DNA of 64,000 nucleotides from a virus (Duplodnaviria; Caudoviricetes): positions 2,176 to 66,175 of the IMG/VR virus record IMGVR_UViG_3300044454_000039; one strand, 5' to 3'. The notes under the pieces were generated by a model. That model was not told the DNA's origin. It was given only the letters and a program-made list of their open reading frames with translations, and made no database searches. Shown here piece by piece: positions 34,928-44,682 of this stretch; the stretch's first letter is position 1; each line of letters begins with the position of its first letter. The position numbers and the translations under genes are program-made.

Positions 34928-36210
34928 GTCCGTTCCGTCCATTTGTTAAAGGTGGGTGCACCCGCGACCGTCGAAGCGACGAGCTTCGCGTAGCCCCGTT
35001 CGTAAAAAATCCGAGCGTGGTTGAACACGCCGGGATCGCCGTAAAACCTATGCTCTGTCACCAACTCGTACGGCATGGCTTTGGCCACGCCGCGCAGCGT
35101 CCAGAAGTACGCCGTTCCATCCATTGCCACATCGCCACACACGCCGGGCGGCACCCCGTACTCGGCAAGCTGGGTGAGCCCGATGTCCTTCTGGTTCTCT
35201 TCATCCGGTTCGCGGTAGTTGTAGATGTTGCTGTCGGTGCCGATGATGAGGCCGTTCTTATGGGGTAGAAGAAGTAACGGCGACCCCGACACCTGAAACA
35301 TGTTCTTCACGAAATCGAACAGGTGATACTGAAGCGGCAGGCTGCTGTACACCGCCCCCAGCTTCGACGTGTCGTCGGTAGTTGCAGCGAAGAGGCGGCC
35401 CGCGTAGAAGGCGAGCAGCGAAGCCGATGTCGGGAAGCTGGACAGGTACGGGGTAAAAGGGTAATCGGGTCCGGTGTAACTCTGCGTGAGGAAGTACACC
35501 GGAAACGTGAACACGGGCGTGCTGGCAGCAGCGACCAGAAAGTACGTCGAGCCGCCCGGCGTCGTTGCGTAGACTTGCGTGAAGCACCCAGCCTGCAACG
35601 GCACTTGCATGCGTAGCAGCTTCACTTCGGGGGCCACCTGCACCGTCACGCAATCGCTGGGCGCGCTCTCGCGGCCGTCAGAGTACAGGTATGTCGCAAA
35701 CAACTGCACCACGTTCGCGTCGTACGTCTTTCCGAGATTGAACGGCGTCACTGCCCACGGCGCGGTATCGACCACCGCCACTTCCAGAATCTCGGGCGAC
35801 ATGAGGGACAGCGGCAGCCATTCGGATGTAGCCAGCACGATGCCGTTGTCACCTGCGTTGCTCGTGTAATAGATGTTGTTGGCAGGATCTTCGTCCCACG
35901 AGAACGCGTCGCCTAGCATCCCTGTCTGGAGCAACGCGTTGGTACCATCAGGCTGTCGAGCCAAAAGCTGTCCTTCTTTTACCCCGATCAACTGGCGCTG
36001 CGTCTGCGACCCGTAGAGGCCGACGTACCCGCCCTCTTCTTCCAGCGCGTACCCGTTGCGGCGCACGAGCTTCTTGGTGTCGGTCACTTCGACATTCCGT
36101 CCGACCGATAGCGCCCCGTAGCCAAAGTCCTTCCGACGACGGGCGTTGATGATCCCCTCGAAATCGGCCAGCGAAGGGGCTGGGTCAGGAAGCGGCTGTG
36201 GGCGGCGCAT
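34924..36210 (-). CDS. putative tail nozzle/stabilisation protein
   Basis: F.GI.N, NVEV, RRNGY N-terminus, GRES.PS, YAGRL; TAATG coupling. Confidence 0.65.
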   Translation of the reverse strand: MRRPQPLPDPAPSLADFEGIINARRRKDFGYGALSVGRNVEVTDTKKLVRRNGYALEEEGGYVGLYGSQTQRQLIGVKEGQLLARQPDGTNALLQTGMLGDAFSWDEDPANNIYYTSNAGDNGIVLATSEWLPLSLMSPEILEVAVVDTAPWAVTPFNLGKTYDANVVQLFATYLYSDGRESAPSDCVTVQVAPEVKLLRMQVPLQAGCFTQVYATTPGGSTYFLVAAASTPVFTFPVYFLTQSYTGPDYPFTPYLSSFPTSASLLAFYAGRLFAATTDDTSKLGAVYSSLPLQYHLFDFVKNMFQVSGSPLLLLPHKNGLIIGTDSNIYNYREPDEENQKDIGLTQLAEYGVPPGVCGDVAMDGTAYFWTLRGVAKAMPYELVTEHRFYGDPGVFNHARIFYERGYAKLVASTVAGAPTFNKWTERT

Positions 36211-36647
36211 TATTTCGGCTGGAACGCTTGGTAGAAGTTCACCAGTTCGAAGACGACGGATGTCACGAAGTTCGTGTCGGCAACGAGAATGTCGGTACCT
36301 GCAAGACCGATGGTGCCTTGCAGTCGTGCTTCGGTCGTGCTCGACGCGGCTGTGTCTCCTACCGCACAGAGCCGCCAGCTTCTCGCGGTGCCATCGGCCA
36401 GAATGACGCCCTGCCACGCTTCGGCGGTCGCCTTCTGAAGCACGCCCGCTGCCGCTGTAGGATCGAACGTCAGTCCCGTAACCCCATCGTGATCCACGGT
36501 GAGTTCGCACAGCAGGGTGCCGGACTCCGCGTCATCTGCGTGCGCGGCCACGGCATCGAAGATGCGCAAGCGGCAAAGATTGAAGATCGCCGCCAGTGAA
36601 TCAGTGTCGAGCAGCTTGTTGCACAACCCCGTACTCATTCGTTCCAT
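36210..36647 (-). CDS. virion structural protein (paralog of 34475-34927)
   Basis: GAGG RBS; AD....GTLL, GTARSWR, RLQGTIG. Confidence 0.75.
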   Translation of the reverse strand: MERMSTGLCNKLLDTDSLAAIFNLCRLRIFDAVAAHADDAESGTLLCELTVDHDGVTGLTFDPTAAAGVLQKATAEAWQGVILADGTARSWRLCAVGDTAASSTTEARLQGTIGLAGTDILVADTNFVTSVVFELVNFYQAFQPK

Positions 36648-36654
36648 AGTGTCC

Positions 36655-39600
36655 TCACTGTGGCACAACCGTAAGTGTATCCGATTCCCCCGTAGCGACG
36701 GGCTCCACAAGCTCACGCACCGCGAAGAGTGTATAGGATTCAGCCGCAACAAAAAACTCCCCAGCCTCACGCCGCGCAAAAAGCTCCGTAGCATCGGCCG
36801 TTGGACTGAAGAACATCTGTTCGACTTGCATCTGCGCCCACAGCAACTCTTCGTCGGTGTAGTTCAATTCTGGCGCGATCAACGCGTACAGATCGTGGAC
36901 ATGCCCTGTCGCCTGTACACCGGTAATCGCCCACTGCCTCTCGACACCCAGCCTGCCTGCTAGACCCGTGGCTATCGTGCTCAGCAAGCGCACCACCGTG
37001 TCGTGTGCCATCGCGCCCACATCGCCGGTCGCTTCGCCGCCCGTGATCGCCTGCTCGTGCGTGACACCGAGAGTACCTACGACACCGGTCGCTCCCACAC
37101 CCGTTATGGAGAGGGTGAGATCCTTGCCCGCGCCCACGGTGCCCACCCGGCCCGTCGCGCCGACCCCGGTCAGGGCGACAGTGACATCGACGCCGGGGGT
37201 GCCTGCGCTGCCCGTCGCCTCGACGCCGGTAGCCGCTTCCGACGCATCGTTCCCGCTGAGCACGGTGCCTGCGGCGCCCAGCCCGGCTACCCCGATCAGG
37301 GGGATGACCAGATCCACCCCTACAGAGCCCACATCGGCCGTTCCGGCTACCCCGGTAGTCGCGAGGGTGAGAACGGCGCGTACGGAGCCCGCTGCGCCTG
37401 TTGCCGTGTTGCCTGTGATCGCTTTGTCGCGGTCCTTGCCGACGCTGCCCACCGCACCCGTTGCCGGGGCGCCAGTGAGCCCCTGCCTGTGATCGACACC
37501 GAGCGTACCTGCCACGCCCGTCGCCTCGTTGCCCGTGATCGCCAGTGTCAGATCGGCGCCGGGGGACACGACGCCCGTCTCGCCCGTTCCTTGCACCCCG
37601 GTGAGAGGGATTTCGCTATGGGCGCCGACATTGCCGACCGTGCCGGTCCCCTGCGCCCCGGTGATAGCGACGACGACATCGGAGCCCCCGACCACATCGC
37701 CTACCGCGCCCATCCCGAAGACCCCGGTGATGGGGATGACCAGATCGACGCCGACGTTGCCCGCCGTGCTGGTCCCAACTACTCCCGTGATCGCTTGCTC
37801 GTGATCGACGCCGACGTTGCCCGCCGCGCCTGTCCCTGCGACGTTTGTGAGATCCTGCGCGTGCTCGACACCGACGTTACCCGCCGCGCCTGTTGCCGAG
37901 ACGCCAGTGCCCGCAGCCGACTGATCGCCCGCCGTCCCCACGTAGCCTGCGGCGCCAGCCCCCGCTACTCCGGTGATGGGAACTTCGATACTGACGCCGA
38001 CGTTGCCTGCGGCGCCAGTTCCTACGACGTTCGTGAGTGCCTGTTCGTGATCGACGCCGACGTTGCCCGCCGCACCTGTGCCCACGGTATTCGTGAGCGC
38101 CTGCGCATGATCGACACCTGTGGTGCCTGCTGCGCCGGTCCCGACGACGTTCGTGAGCGCCTGCGTATGATCGACGCCGACGTTGCCCGCCGCGCCGGTC
38201 GCCAGAACCGTCGTGAGTCCCTGTTCGTGATCGACACCGACGTTGCCCGCTGCACCCGTTGCCCCACTGCCCGTGATCGGGGTGGGTCCGCCAGAAATGA
38301 CAGCCGTTACGTCGCCTACCGCACCGGTCCCTGTTACCCCGGTCAGTGCTACGAAAGTCGAATCCAGCAGTTCATCTTCGAACCACGCCGTGATCCGGTT
38401 GTGCCGATCCAGCCATTCGGCCGGGTACAGCAGACGATCAAACCACCCGCGTATCGCGTTGACCGCAAGGGTCACTTGCATCGTGCGGGTTGGCCCCCAC
38501 TCCGACGTGACCGATGGTGTGTACGCCCGCGCTCTCCAGTAGTACGGGGTGAGGCTTCTGCCTAGATAGTCTGCTGGCTGAACGGTGAAACGGATGTTCT
38601 CGCCGCTGATGAACGGGTGTGTGTCGCCGGACGTGGTATCGACGAAGCCCGCATCGCTGACACTTAGCCTGTCTACATCGTTGTCAAAGGTGCGTCCATA
38701 AATCTCGTAATACAGATCGCTCTTGGTGTACGGTGCCCATGCGCCACTCGCGAGCTTGGCGACGCTGCCGGTCGCCACATCGCTACCGAGATTGATGACG
38801 ATGCGATTGGTGGCGTTGTGCGCGAACTCGACGGACAGCGCGTAATACTTACCCGGCGTGGGGTAAAACTTGGTGGGGAAAGTGAACGTCTCTTTTCGCG
38901 CCACCGTAGAGAACGTGGACGGATCGAGTGGGTCGCTCGTGACCAGCGCCGTGCCGGTAGGTTTAGCCCCTAGTGGATCGCTGGCTACGCCGTACGTGCC
39001 AGTTATTTCGTACAGCACGGCGGTCACATTGGTAGTCGGACTGCCCACCTTGGCCAGCTTGAACACCGCAGATGCGAGATACGCCGCATCCATCGACCAC
39101 GTGAAGACCTGCGCGAAGGCGTCGGTAGCCGCGTAGCTCTGATTGGAGCCCGCCGACTCGTAGGTGTACGAGTCGATCAGGAACGGCTGATCGAAATACT
39201 TGTCGGGGCGAATCTGGATCTCATACTCAAGATCGTTCGCTACCGTGTCTGTGCCGATGAAATCGAAGGTGGCGTTGGTAAACGCCTGCGGCGCCCCCGG
39301 CGTTGCTGTGTCGGTAAGCTGATCAACGCCGTACACTTCGAAGCCAGCGATGTCATCGGCAGCAGCCGTCCACGTCGCGCCATTCCACGTTGCGCGATTG
39401 CCGCTATGACTGTTCGGTTGACTAAGCGGAAGATGGACTACTGCGCTCCCCGACGACAGACTTGCGACTACGAGGAAGTATTTCGTGCCGTTCTCCAGCA
39501 ACACCTGCTGGTCGGATCTGAACGAGAAGGGGAAGAAGTGGGCGGTGGTGCCAATAGCTGCGGGGTCCACTTCCTGCGAAGTGGCCAGCAGTTGATCCGG

Positions 39601-40464
39601 CACACCGGTACTGCCGTACGTCCCGGTGTGTGAATACAGGTAGCAGACGAGCGGGTAGTTGGCCCCCACCCCCTTCATGAACACCGCGATGTGTCGCAGG
39701 TAGGTACCGTTGCCGGTGAACGACTGTCCTACCCAGTTCGAGCTATCGACGGTGAAGTCTGCCCAACTCTGGTTGGTGAAGTACGTGTCTACAACCGAAT
39801 GCGACTTCTCGGTGAAGGTTGCTTCGACCGGGCACGTGTAGACTTCGAACAGCACATCCCGCGACGAATCGGCTGCCCAAGCCGAGCCGCTGGAACCGCT
39901 TTGCGTAGCGGCGTTACCGGCGTGCGATCCGCTGAATGAGTGAGATACGCTGGTCGTTGAGTTCGCCGCGCGCAGCACGATAAAATACTTCGTGGCGTTG
40001 ACCAGTTGTACCTGATTTACCCCCTTGAACTCGAACGAACGCCACGCCTGCCCGGTCGAGGCCGTGGTCTGTTCAACAACTTCCGATACTGCGAGCAGCG
40101 TTGACGGCGTGCCCGTACTGCCGAACGTGCCGGTGTGCGACCACAGTTCGGCGTAGCAGAAGCCCCGCAGAGTGGACGCAGCGTTGATGGAGCAGTAGAA
40201 CGAGGCCCGACGTAGGTACCCGCCGTTGCCTGTGAACGATTGGCCGGACGCGCCGCGCCGTATGTCGCTGTACGTCGAGAAGACGGTGCCGCGCCACGAA
40301 TCGACAAGGGTTAGCGGCTGCCCGTCGATGGTGACGAGTTCACTGGCCACCGTACCGGTGACGAGTGCATCATCGAACCACGAGAGAATGTTCTCCCCCG
40401 CTCGGCTGTCGTACCAGCCGAGGGGTTCGAACTCAGGATCGTAGAAGCCGAGGGGAGCGGCCAT
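36655..40464 (-). CDS. tail fibre-like protein with three repeated beta domains and a long 20-aa-repeat shaft
   Basis: GQSFTGNG.YL domain x3; (I/L)TGV.(A/G)TGAAGNVGV repeats. Confidence 0.75.
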   Translation of the reverse strand: MAAPLGFYDPEFEPLGWYDSRAGENILSWFDDALVTGTVASELVTIDGQPLTLVDSWRGTVFSTYSDIRRGASGQSFTGNGGYLRRASFYCSINAASTLRGFCYAELWSHTGTFGSTGTPSTLLAVSEVVEQTTASTGQAWRSFEFKGVNQVQLVNATKYFIVLRAANSTTSVSHSFSGSHAGNAATQSGSSGSAWAADSSRDVLFEVYTCPVEATFTEKSHSVVDTYFTNQSWADFTVDSSNWVGQSFTGNGTYLRHIAVFMKGVGANYPLVCYLYSHTGTYGSTGVPDQLLATSQEVDPAAIGTTAHFFPFSFRSDQQVLLENGTKYFLVVASLSSGSAVVHLPLSQPNSHSGNRATWNGATWTAAADDIAGFEVYGVDQLTDTATPGAPQAFTNATFDFIGTDTVANDLEYEIQIRPDKYFDQPFLIDSYTYESAGSNQSYAATDAFAQVFTWSMDAAYLASAVFKLAKVGSPTTNVTAVLYEITGTYGVASDPLGAKPTGTALVTSDPLDPSTFSTVARKETFTFPTKFYPTPGKYYALSVEFAHNATNRIVINLGSDVATGSVAKLASGAWAPYTKSDLYYEIYGRTFDNDVDRLSVSDAGFVDTTSGDTHPFISGENIRFTVQPADYLGRSLTPYYWRARAYTPSVTSEWGPTRTMQVTLAVNAIRGWFDRLLYPAEWLDRHNRITAWFEDELLDSTFVALTGVTGTGAVGDVTAVISGGPTPITGSGATGAAGNVGVDHEQGLTTVLATGAAGNVGVDHTQALTNVVGTGAAGTTGVDHAQALTNTVGTGAAGNVGVDHEQALTNVVGTGAAGNVGVSIEVPITGVAGAGAAGYVGTAGDQSAAGTGVSATGAAGNVGVEHAQDLTNVAGTGAAGNVGVDHEQAITGVVGTSTAGNVGVDLVIPITGVFGMGAVGDVVGGSDVVVAITGAQGTGTVGNVGAHSEIPLTGVQGTGETGVVSPGADLTLAITGNEATGVAGTLGVDHRQGLTGAPATGAVGSVGKDRDKAITGNTATGAAGSVRAVLTLATTGVAGTADVGSVGVDLVIPLIGVAGLGAAGTVLSGNDASEAATGVEATGSAGTPGVDVTVALTGVGATGRVGTVGAGKDLTLSITGVGATGVVGTLGVTHEQAITGGEATGDVGAMAHDTVVRLLSTIATGLAGRLGVERQWAITGVQATGHVHDLYALIAPELNYTDEELLWAQMQVEQMFFSPTADATELFARREAGEFFVAAESYTLFAVRELVEPVATGESDTLTVVPQ
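36900..38350 (-). repeat. ~60-bp-period coding tandem repeat
   Basis: gatcgacgccgacgttgcccgccgc recurs at 60-bp spacing (e.g. 37741/37801/37861 and 38041-38240). Confidence 0.85.
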
Positions 40465-40475
40465 GGACCCCCCGG

Positions 40476-41498
40476 TTACGGGATCAGTTCAGCTTCAACA
40501 AGGTTGACTGTGCCGCTGAAGCTCGCGCCGCCGTTGAAGCTCGCGCCGATAATCAGGTTCGCCGTCGTGGAGTCGAAGCCCGCGCTCGTCACGTTGATGG
40601 TCTGCCACCCCGCAGGGTTCACGGTGCCCAAGCCGGTGACAGCCAAGTTGTGCCGCAACTGGTACAAGCCCTGCAACACCGCGTTGGTGCCAGTGCCGAC
40701 CGTACGGAAGGACGCGAGCACTTCGATCACGCCACTGTCGGCCGCCGCCGTCTGAATGTTGCCGGTGAACGTCAGGATCGCCGCGTCGGCCGTGGACCCG
40801 GTGGTACCGATGCGAATGATCGTAACCGGGGCCGCAACGCCCGCCGCCGTCTTGGTCACATCGAACTTCAGCCGGTACTTGGTTTTGACCAGCGGCAGAC
40901 CGGAAGGAATCGTGATGTTCGAACCGGCGAGATACGTGTCCGTCGCGAAACCCGCAGACACCGCCGACACCGACGCATTCTTCAGCGGCGCCACCCAGCG
41001 CAGCCCCGCCGCATCGGCGGCGACCGGATACAGCAGGGACCAGTCCGAACCCGCAGGGAAGCGCGCGGGCGCGTTGCTGATCTCCGTCATCAGATCGCCC
41101 GGCGTGGTGACGTACAACACCTGCGTCTGTTTGGGGATGCCGAGCGCGTCGAAGACCGTGACGATGCCGCGATCATCCAAGATGATCTGTTCTTGCGCGG
41201 CCAGCGTGCCTTCCCAAATCGACTCGATGTTCGTTCCGTCCGTGTGCTGGAGAACGATGCCGTTGGACGTGGTGGCGTGGTCGTTACGCACCACGAGGAA
41301 CTTCACGTTGCGCTGCGTCGAAGCTGCCGGGGCGGCCACCACATCGGTCGTGGCAGCACCGCTGATCGTGGCTGTGTTGGTCCGCCCCGGCGTGATCGTG
41401 CCACTCAGGTTATCCACCCACGACGCATGTACCTTGACGGTACCGGACGCGCTGGTGATGACCTGTAGCTTGTCGCTCGTGCTGGTAAGCAGCAGCAT
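40476..41498 (-). CDS. putative tail/virion protein
   Basis: 340 aa, Thr/Ala/Gly beta-rich, structural operon. Confidence 0.7.
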   Translation of the reverse strand: MLLLTSTSDKLQVITSASGTVKVHASWVDNLSGTITPGRTNTATISGAATTDVVAAPAASTQRNVKFLVVRNDHATTSNGIVLQHTDGTNIESIWEGTLAAQEQIILDDRGIVTVFDALGIPKQTQVLYVTTPGDLMTEISNAPARFPAGSDWSLLYPVAADAAGLRWVAPLKNASVSAVSAGFATDTYLAGSNITIPSGLPLVKTKYRLKFDVTKTAAGVAAPVTIIRIGTTGSTADAAILTFTGNIQTAAADSGVIEVLASFRTVGTGTNAVLQGLYQLRHNLAVTGLGTVNPAGWQTINVTSAGFDSTTANLIIGASFNGGASFSGTVNLVEAELIP

Positions 41499-41508
41499 GG
41501 GGAACCCC

Positions 41509-42036
41509 TTACGCGATACGGACGAGCGCGTTGGATGCGTCGTTGGTCGGCATCGTGAGCGTGAAGTTGCCCGCCGTCACGGTTTGCGAACCGAAGGTGT
41601 GGGACGAGATCGCCTTATCCCCCTGCGAACTGTTGTACAGCAGCACCGCGTCGAACGCCGTAGAGAGCGTCACGTTGGTGTACACGATGTTCGCGCTGGG
41701 TGTCCAGATGCCGGTGGTGCCCGATGTCGTGGGCGCGTTGGCATTGGTGACGGTCACGCCGCCCGCAGAGTAGTTGGTGCCTGTGACTTCGCCCGTCGCA
41801 CTGTACGTCGCGGTAGCTGCGCCGATGGATGCCGACGCCAGAAACAGCGCCGCCTTGATCGTGTCCGCCCCGGTGCCGCCGCGCGTGACCGTGGTGCCCA
41901 ACGCGTGAATGCCCTTCATGACTTCGCTCTTGAACGACGAGCACATCGCCTGCGAATTGGCCCACGCCACCAGATTGCGTTGAGCCCACACGTGGACCGG
42001 CGTCAGCAGATAGGCAGCAAGCAGTTTCATTTTCAT
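41509..42036 (-). CDS. virion structural protein
   Basis: AMC.SFK, KAALF, GEV.GTNY.AGG, FG, GNFTL motifs. Confidence 0.75.
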   Translation of the reverse strand: MKMKLLAAYLLTPVHVWAQRNLVAWANSQAMCSSFKSEVMKGIHALGTTVTRGGTGADTIKAALFLASASIGAATATYSATGEVTGTNYSAGGVTVTNANAPTTSGTTGIWTPSANIVYTNVTLSTAFDAVLLYNSSQGDKAISSHTFGSQTVTAGNFTLTMPTNDASNALVRIA

Positions 42037-42069
42037 GAGTATCTCCCGAGGGAAGAAGTGGTAGAAAGA

Positions 42070-42294
42070 TTAGCGCACGTCGGCTGCGACACCCTTCGCT
42101 TCCACGAAAGGTTTCTTCAGCTTGATGTGCACCGAACGGTGAACCAGTTCTCCATGCAGCCGGTATTCGAGCACCAACGTCTTTTCCACGTCGTTGTCGA
42201 TAACCTGCCAATCGAATACCAGCCCCGGTGTCGTTTCGTCCAGCAACCCCGTGGGGTTATCGGGAGAAGTCTTTGTGCTTGTGATGAGGCCCAT
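42070..42294 (-). CDS. hypothetical protein
   Basis: AGGAG RBS; EY...GELVHRSVH. Confidence 0.7.
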   Translation of the reverse strand: MGLITSTKTSPDNPTGLLDETTPGLVFDWQVIDNDVEKTLVLEYRLHGELVHRSVHIKLKKPFVEAKGVAADVR

Positions 42295-42305
42295 CGCGAG
42301 TGCTC

Positions 42306-42911
42306 CTAGACTGGACGTTCGATGTCCGTTGTCACGAGGAAACTGCCGGTGTAGATTGTCTCATGAATCCCGAGAGGGCTGATCATTTCCAGATCGTACA
42401 CCCCTCTCAGCCAACTGAACGCCTGCACATCCGCTGCCGCGATCAGTAGCGTGATGGTGTTCTCCACGGCGTCGATGTCGATGCCACCATCTTCCGTCGT
42501 CATTTCGAACAGCAGTTCGTCGGTCGCCGGATCGCGAATCTGCATCCGCGCTGTGTAGCCGGTAAGATCGACCGGTGTGTAGAACTGGAGATACCCCCCG
42601 CTCTTGTACGCGGAGAACCCCGCAGCGTTGATGACGTTGAGATCGACGTTATCGGGATCGACCTTCGTCACCTGCACCATCTCGGAGTCGTACGGTGGCG
42701 AGTGCTGCGCGTTGATCTCGTCCATGCCCACCACGCTCACCACCGCCGCGCGCCAGCCGGAAACAAGACCGTGCGACGGAGATGTCACCCGCGCCGGGGC
42801 CGAGCGTGCGATGGCCGTGATGGGCTTGTAGATGTACGGCGCCTGCTCCCACCGCACTACTCGGCGGAAGGTATCGCCCTGCCGTACGCTCATGTTCTGT
42901 CGTTGCATCAT
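42306..42911 (-). CDS. tail-associated protein (BppU N-terminal-like)
   Basis: QGDTF, PVDLTGYTARMQIR, GVYDLE motifs. Confidence 0.7.
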   Translation of the reverse strand: MMQRQNMSVRQGDTFRRVVRWEQAPYIYKPITAIARSAPARVTSPSHGLVSGWRAAVVSVVGMDEINAQHSPPYDSEMVQVTKVDPDNVDLNVINAAGFSAYKSGGYLQFYTPVDLTGYTARMQIRDPATDELLFEMTTEDGGIDIDAVENTITLLIAAADVQAFSWLRGVYDLEMISPLGIHETIYTGSFLVTTDIERPV

Positions 42912-44212
42912 GCCCTCTTATCGGTGTCCTTCAACGCCTGCTGTACCACCGCCCCCGCCATAGCCTGCGCGTTGGTCTGTGGGGTACCGTCAGTGAGGAA
43001 CGCGCTAATCGCCTTACGCTCGCCGAGCAGTTGCCCAATGAACCCTGCCAGCACAGGCAGTATCATAGGCACCCAATCGGGCATGTCAACTTTGAAGTAC
43101 GCGCCCACCGGCTTTGCGATCATCGACAGCAGCATCGCTACCCCGAGAATGATCCCGATGTTCAGTGTGAGCGACTGCACGTTGCGGAAGTAAGCCCGCA
43201 GCAGCTTGCCCCCGTTGGCCAGCGAGTTGATCCGCCCCACGGCTGCGTCCATGTTCACTTGTTGCTGCTTCGATGTCTCCATATCCATCGTGTGCACATC
43301 GCGGATGATGGGAGCAATCTTGTCCAGATAGTCGAGCGCGTGTTGCTGCAATTGGGCCACGAGTGCCGTGTTGTCTGCCTTGGCTTTCGCCAGCGCCGCG
43401 TACGCCTGCGCCGCAGCGGCCGGTTCGTTGGCGGCTGCGTTCTTGTTCGGATCGGGGCTCGCATCAACACCGGTCAGTTGCCCCAGCTTGGTGAACAGAT
43501 CCTTGGTGAACGCATCCGACACCGCAGGGGGCTGCTTGAGCACCCGCCCCAACTTCTCGGCCGCCAGCGGCTCGAACATGGAGAGGATGGTGGGTAGAAG
43601 TGCGGCGAGAAATCCCATGGATGCGTCTCCTGATGTCGTTATGTCTACCGGCCCAACTGGCGGGGGAAGCGGATCGGCCGGGGCGGGGACGGGTGCTGGT
43701 GGCTGATCGGGTGCAGGAGCGTCCGTAGCTGCCCCTCCGAAACGCGCGAATACTTCGCGGGCCTTCGCGACCGACCAACTGCGGAACGCGATCCATGTGT
43801 TGCTACACTTCTGGACTGCGCTCCATATATCGCCGTTCTCAATATCCCCAGCAGCATGATCTTCGATAGCCAGTTGGATGATGCCCAAATCCTGATTCAA
43901 TGGCGTGAATGAATTGTCGCCATCTCCGAAACCTAGCTGCTCCGCGATTCCCGCCCACGTAGTTCCTAAGAACTGCCCGGCGCCGCACGCGGTTGCGTGT
44001 CCGATCTTGGTCGTCGAGATACCGTGGAACGGATGACGCCACGGGGGCGGGGTGAAGTTGTGCCCGAAGCGCGCCCACAGTTCGCTGTTGTACAGCGTGT
44101 ACGCCGCGTCGTCGTGGCGGCCGGGCTCCGCTTCCTTGACGCACTCGATGAACGCTTTCCAGTTCGGATTCGCGTAGCATGCGGTTACACGGTCGAGGGC
44201 GAAGGTGCTCAC
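42908..44212 (-). CDS. lambda R-like lytic transglycosylase endolysin fused to a holin-like membrane domain
   Basis: KAF......E, TACGAGQFL..TW, FTP.NQD, CSNTW; Pro linker; C-terminal part with 2-3 hydrophobic helices. Confidence 0.75.
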   Translation of the reverse strand: MSTFALDRVTACYANPNWKAFIECVKEAEPGRHDDAAYTLYNSELWARFGHNFTPPPWRHPFHGISTTKIGHATACGAGQFLGTTWAGIAEQLGFGDGDNSFTPLNQDLGIIQLAIEDHAAGDIENGDIWSAVQKCSNTWIAFRSWSVAKAREVFARFGGAATDAPAPDQPPAPVPAPADPLPPPVGPVDITTSGDASMGFLAALLPTILSMFEPLAAEKLGRVLKQPPAVSDAFTKDLFTKLGQLTGVDASPDPNKNAAANEPAAAAQAYAALAKAKADNTALVAQLQQHALDYLDKIAPIIRDVHTMDMETSKQQQVNMDAAVGRINSLANGGKLLRAYFRNVQSLTLNIGIILGVAMLLSMIAKPVGAYFKVDMPDWVPMILPVLAGFIGQLLGERKAISAFLTDGTPQTNAQAMAGAVVQQALKDTDKRA

Positions 44213-44216
44213 GATT

Positions 44217-44681
44217 TCACTGCCCGAACAGCTTGCGTTCGATACGTTCTATGCGGGTGGCGAGCGCGTGATCCGTAACGTCCATTTCTCGCTCTTTGGC
44301 CTGAGCCTGAATGATCGCTGTGTTGAGATTCTTCAATTCCATAGTCGTTTCGCCCTGCTGTCGAACGTACCACGTAGCCAGCGCGAACCCCGCAACTTGG
44401 GCGATGCTTAGAACAACCGCTGTGACCTTCCACGCACCTTTCCCTTGGTTCATAAGCGCCGCCTCGTCTATGACGTGCTGTCGAAACTCCACACGGTGCT
44501 GCTCGAAATCGTCCCGATGCGTCTGAATGTCCGTACTGATGTCCTGTGTCGCTGCCGTGTTTGCTTCCAAGCTCGCGTTGATACGCAGCAGAAGAAGCAA
44601 ATAAGCCCTGTCCTTGGCATCGTCCGCCTGCTTGGCAAGAGCAAGGATTTCTTCTTCCGTCCCATCCGTTCTTTCCGCCAT
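44217..44681 (-). CDS. single-TM coiled-coil protein (lysis-associated?)
   Basis: Central hydrophobic helix; adjacent to the endolysin. Confidence 0.7.
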   Translation of the reverse strand: MAERTDGTEEEILALAKQADDAKDRAYLLLLLRINASLEANTAATQDISTDIQTHRDDFEQHRVEFRQHVIDEAALMNQGKGAWKVTAVVLSIAQVAGFALATWYVRQQGETTMELKNLNTAIIQAQAKEREMDVTDHALATRIERIERKLFGQ

Positions 44682-44682
44682 G

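Noticed and set aside
37700-38260. Regularly spaced 60-bp repeats resembling a CRISPR array
   Set aside because: They are in-frame coding repeats of a fibre protein; the intervening parts are related to each other and there is no cas operon.
27809-40464. Diversity-generating retroelement targeting tail genes
   Set aside because: No reverse transcriptase and no adenine-variant template/variable repeat pair seen.
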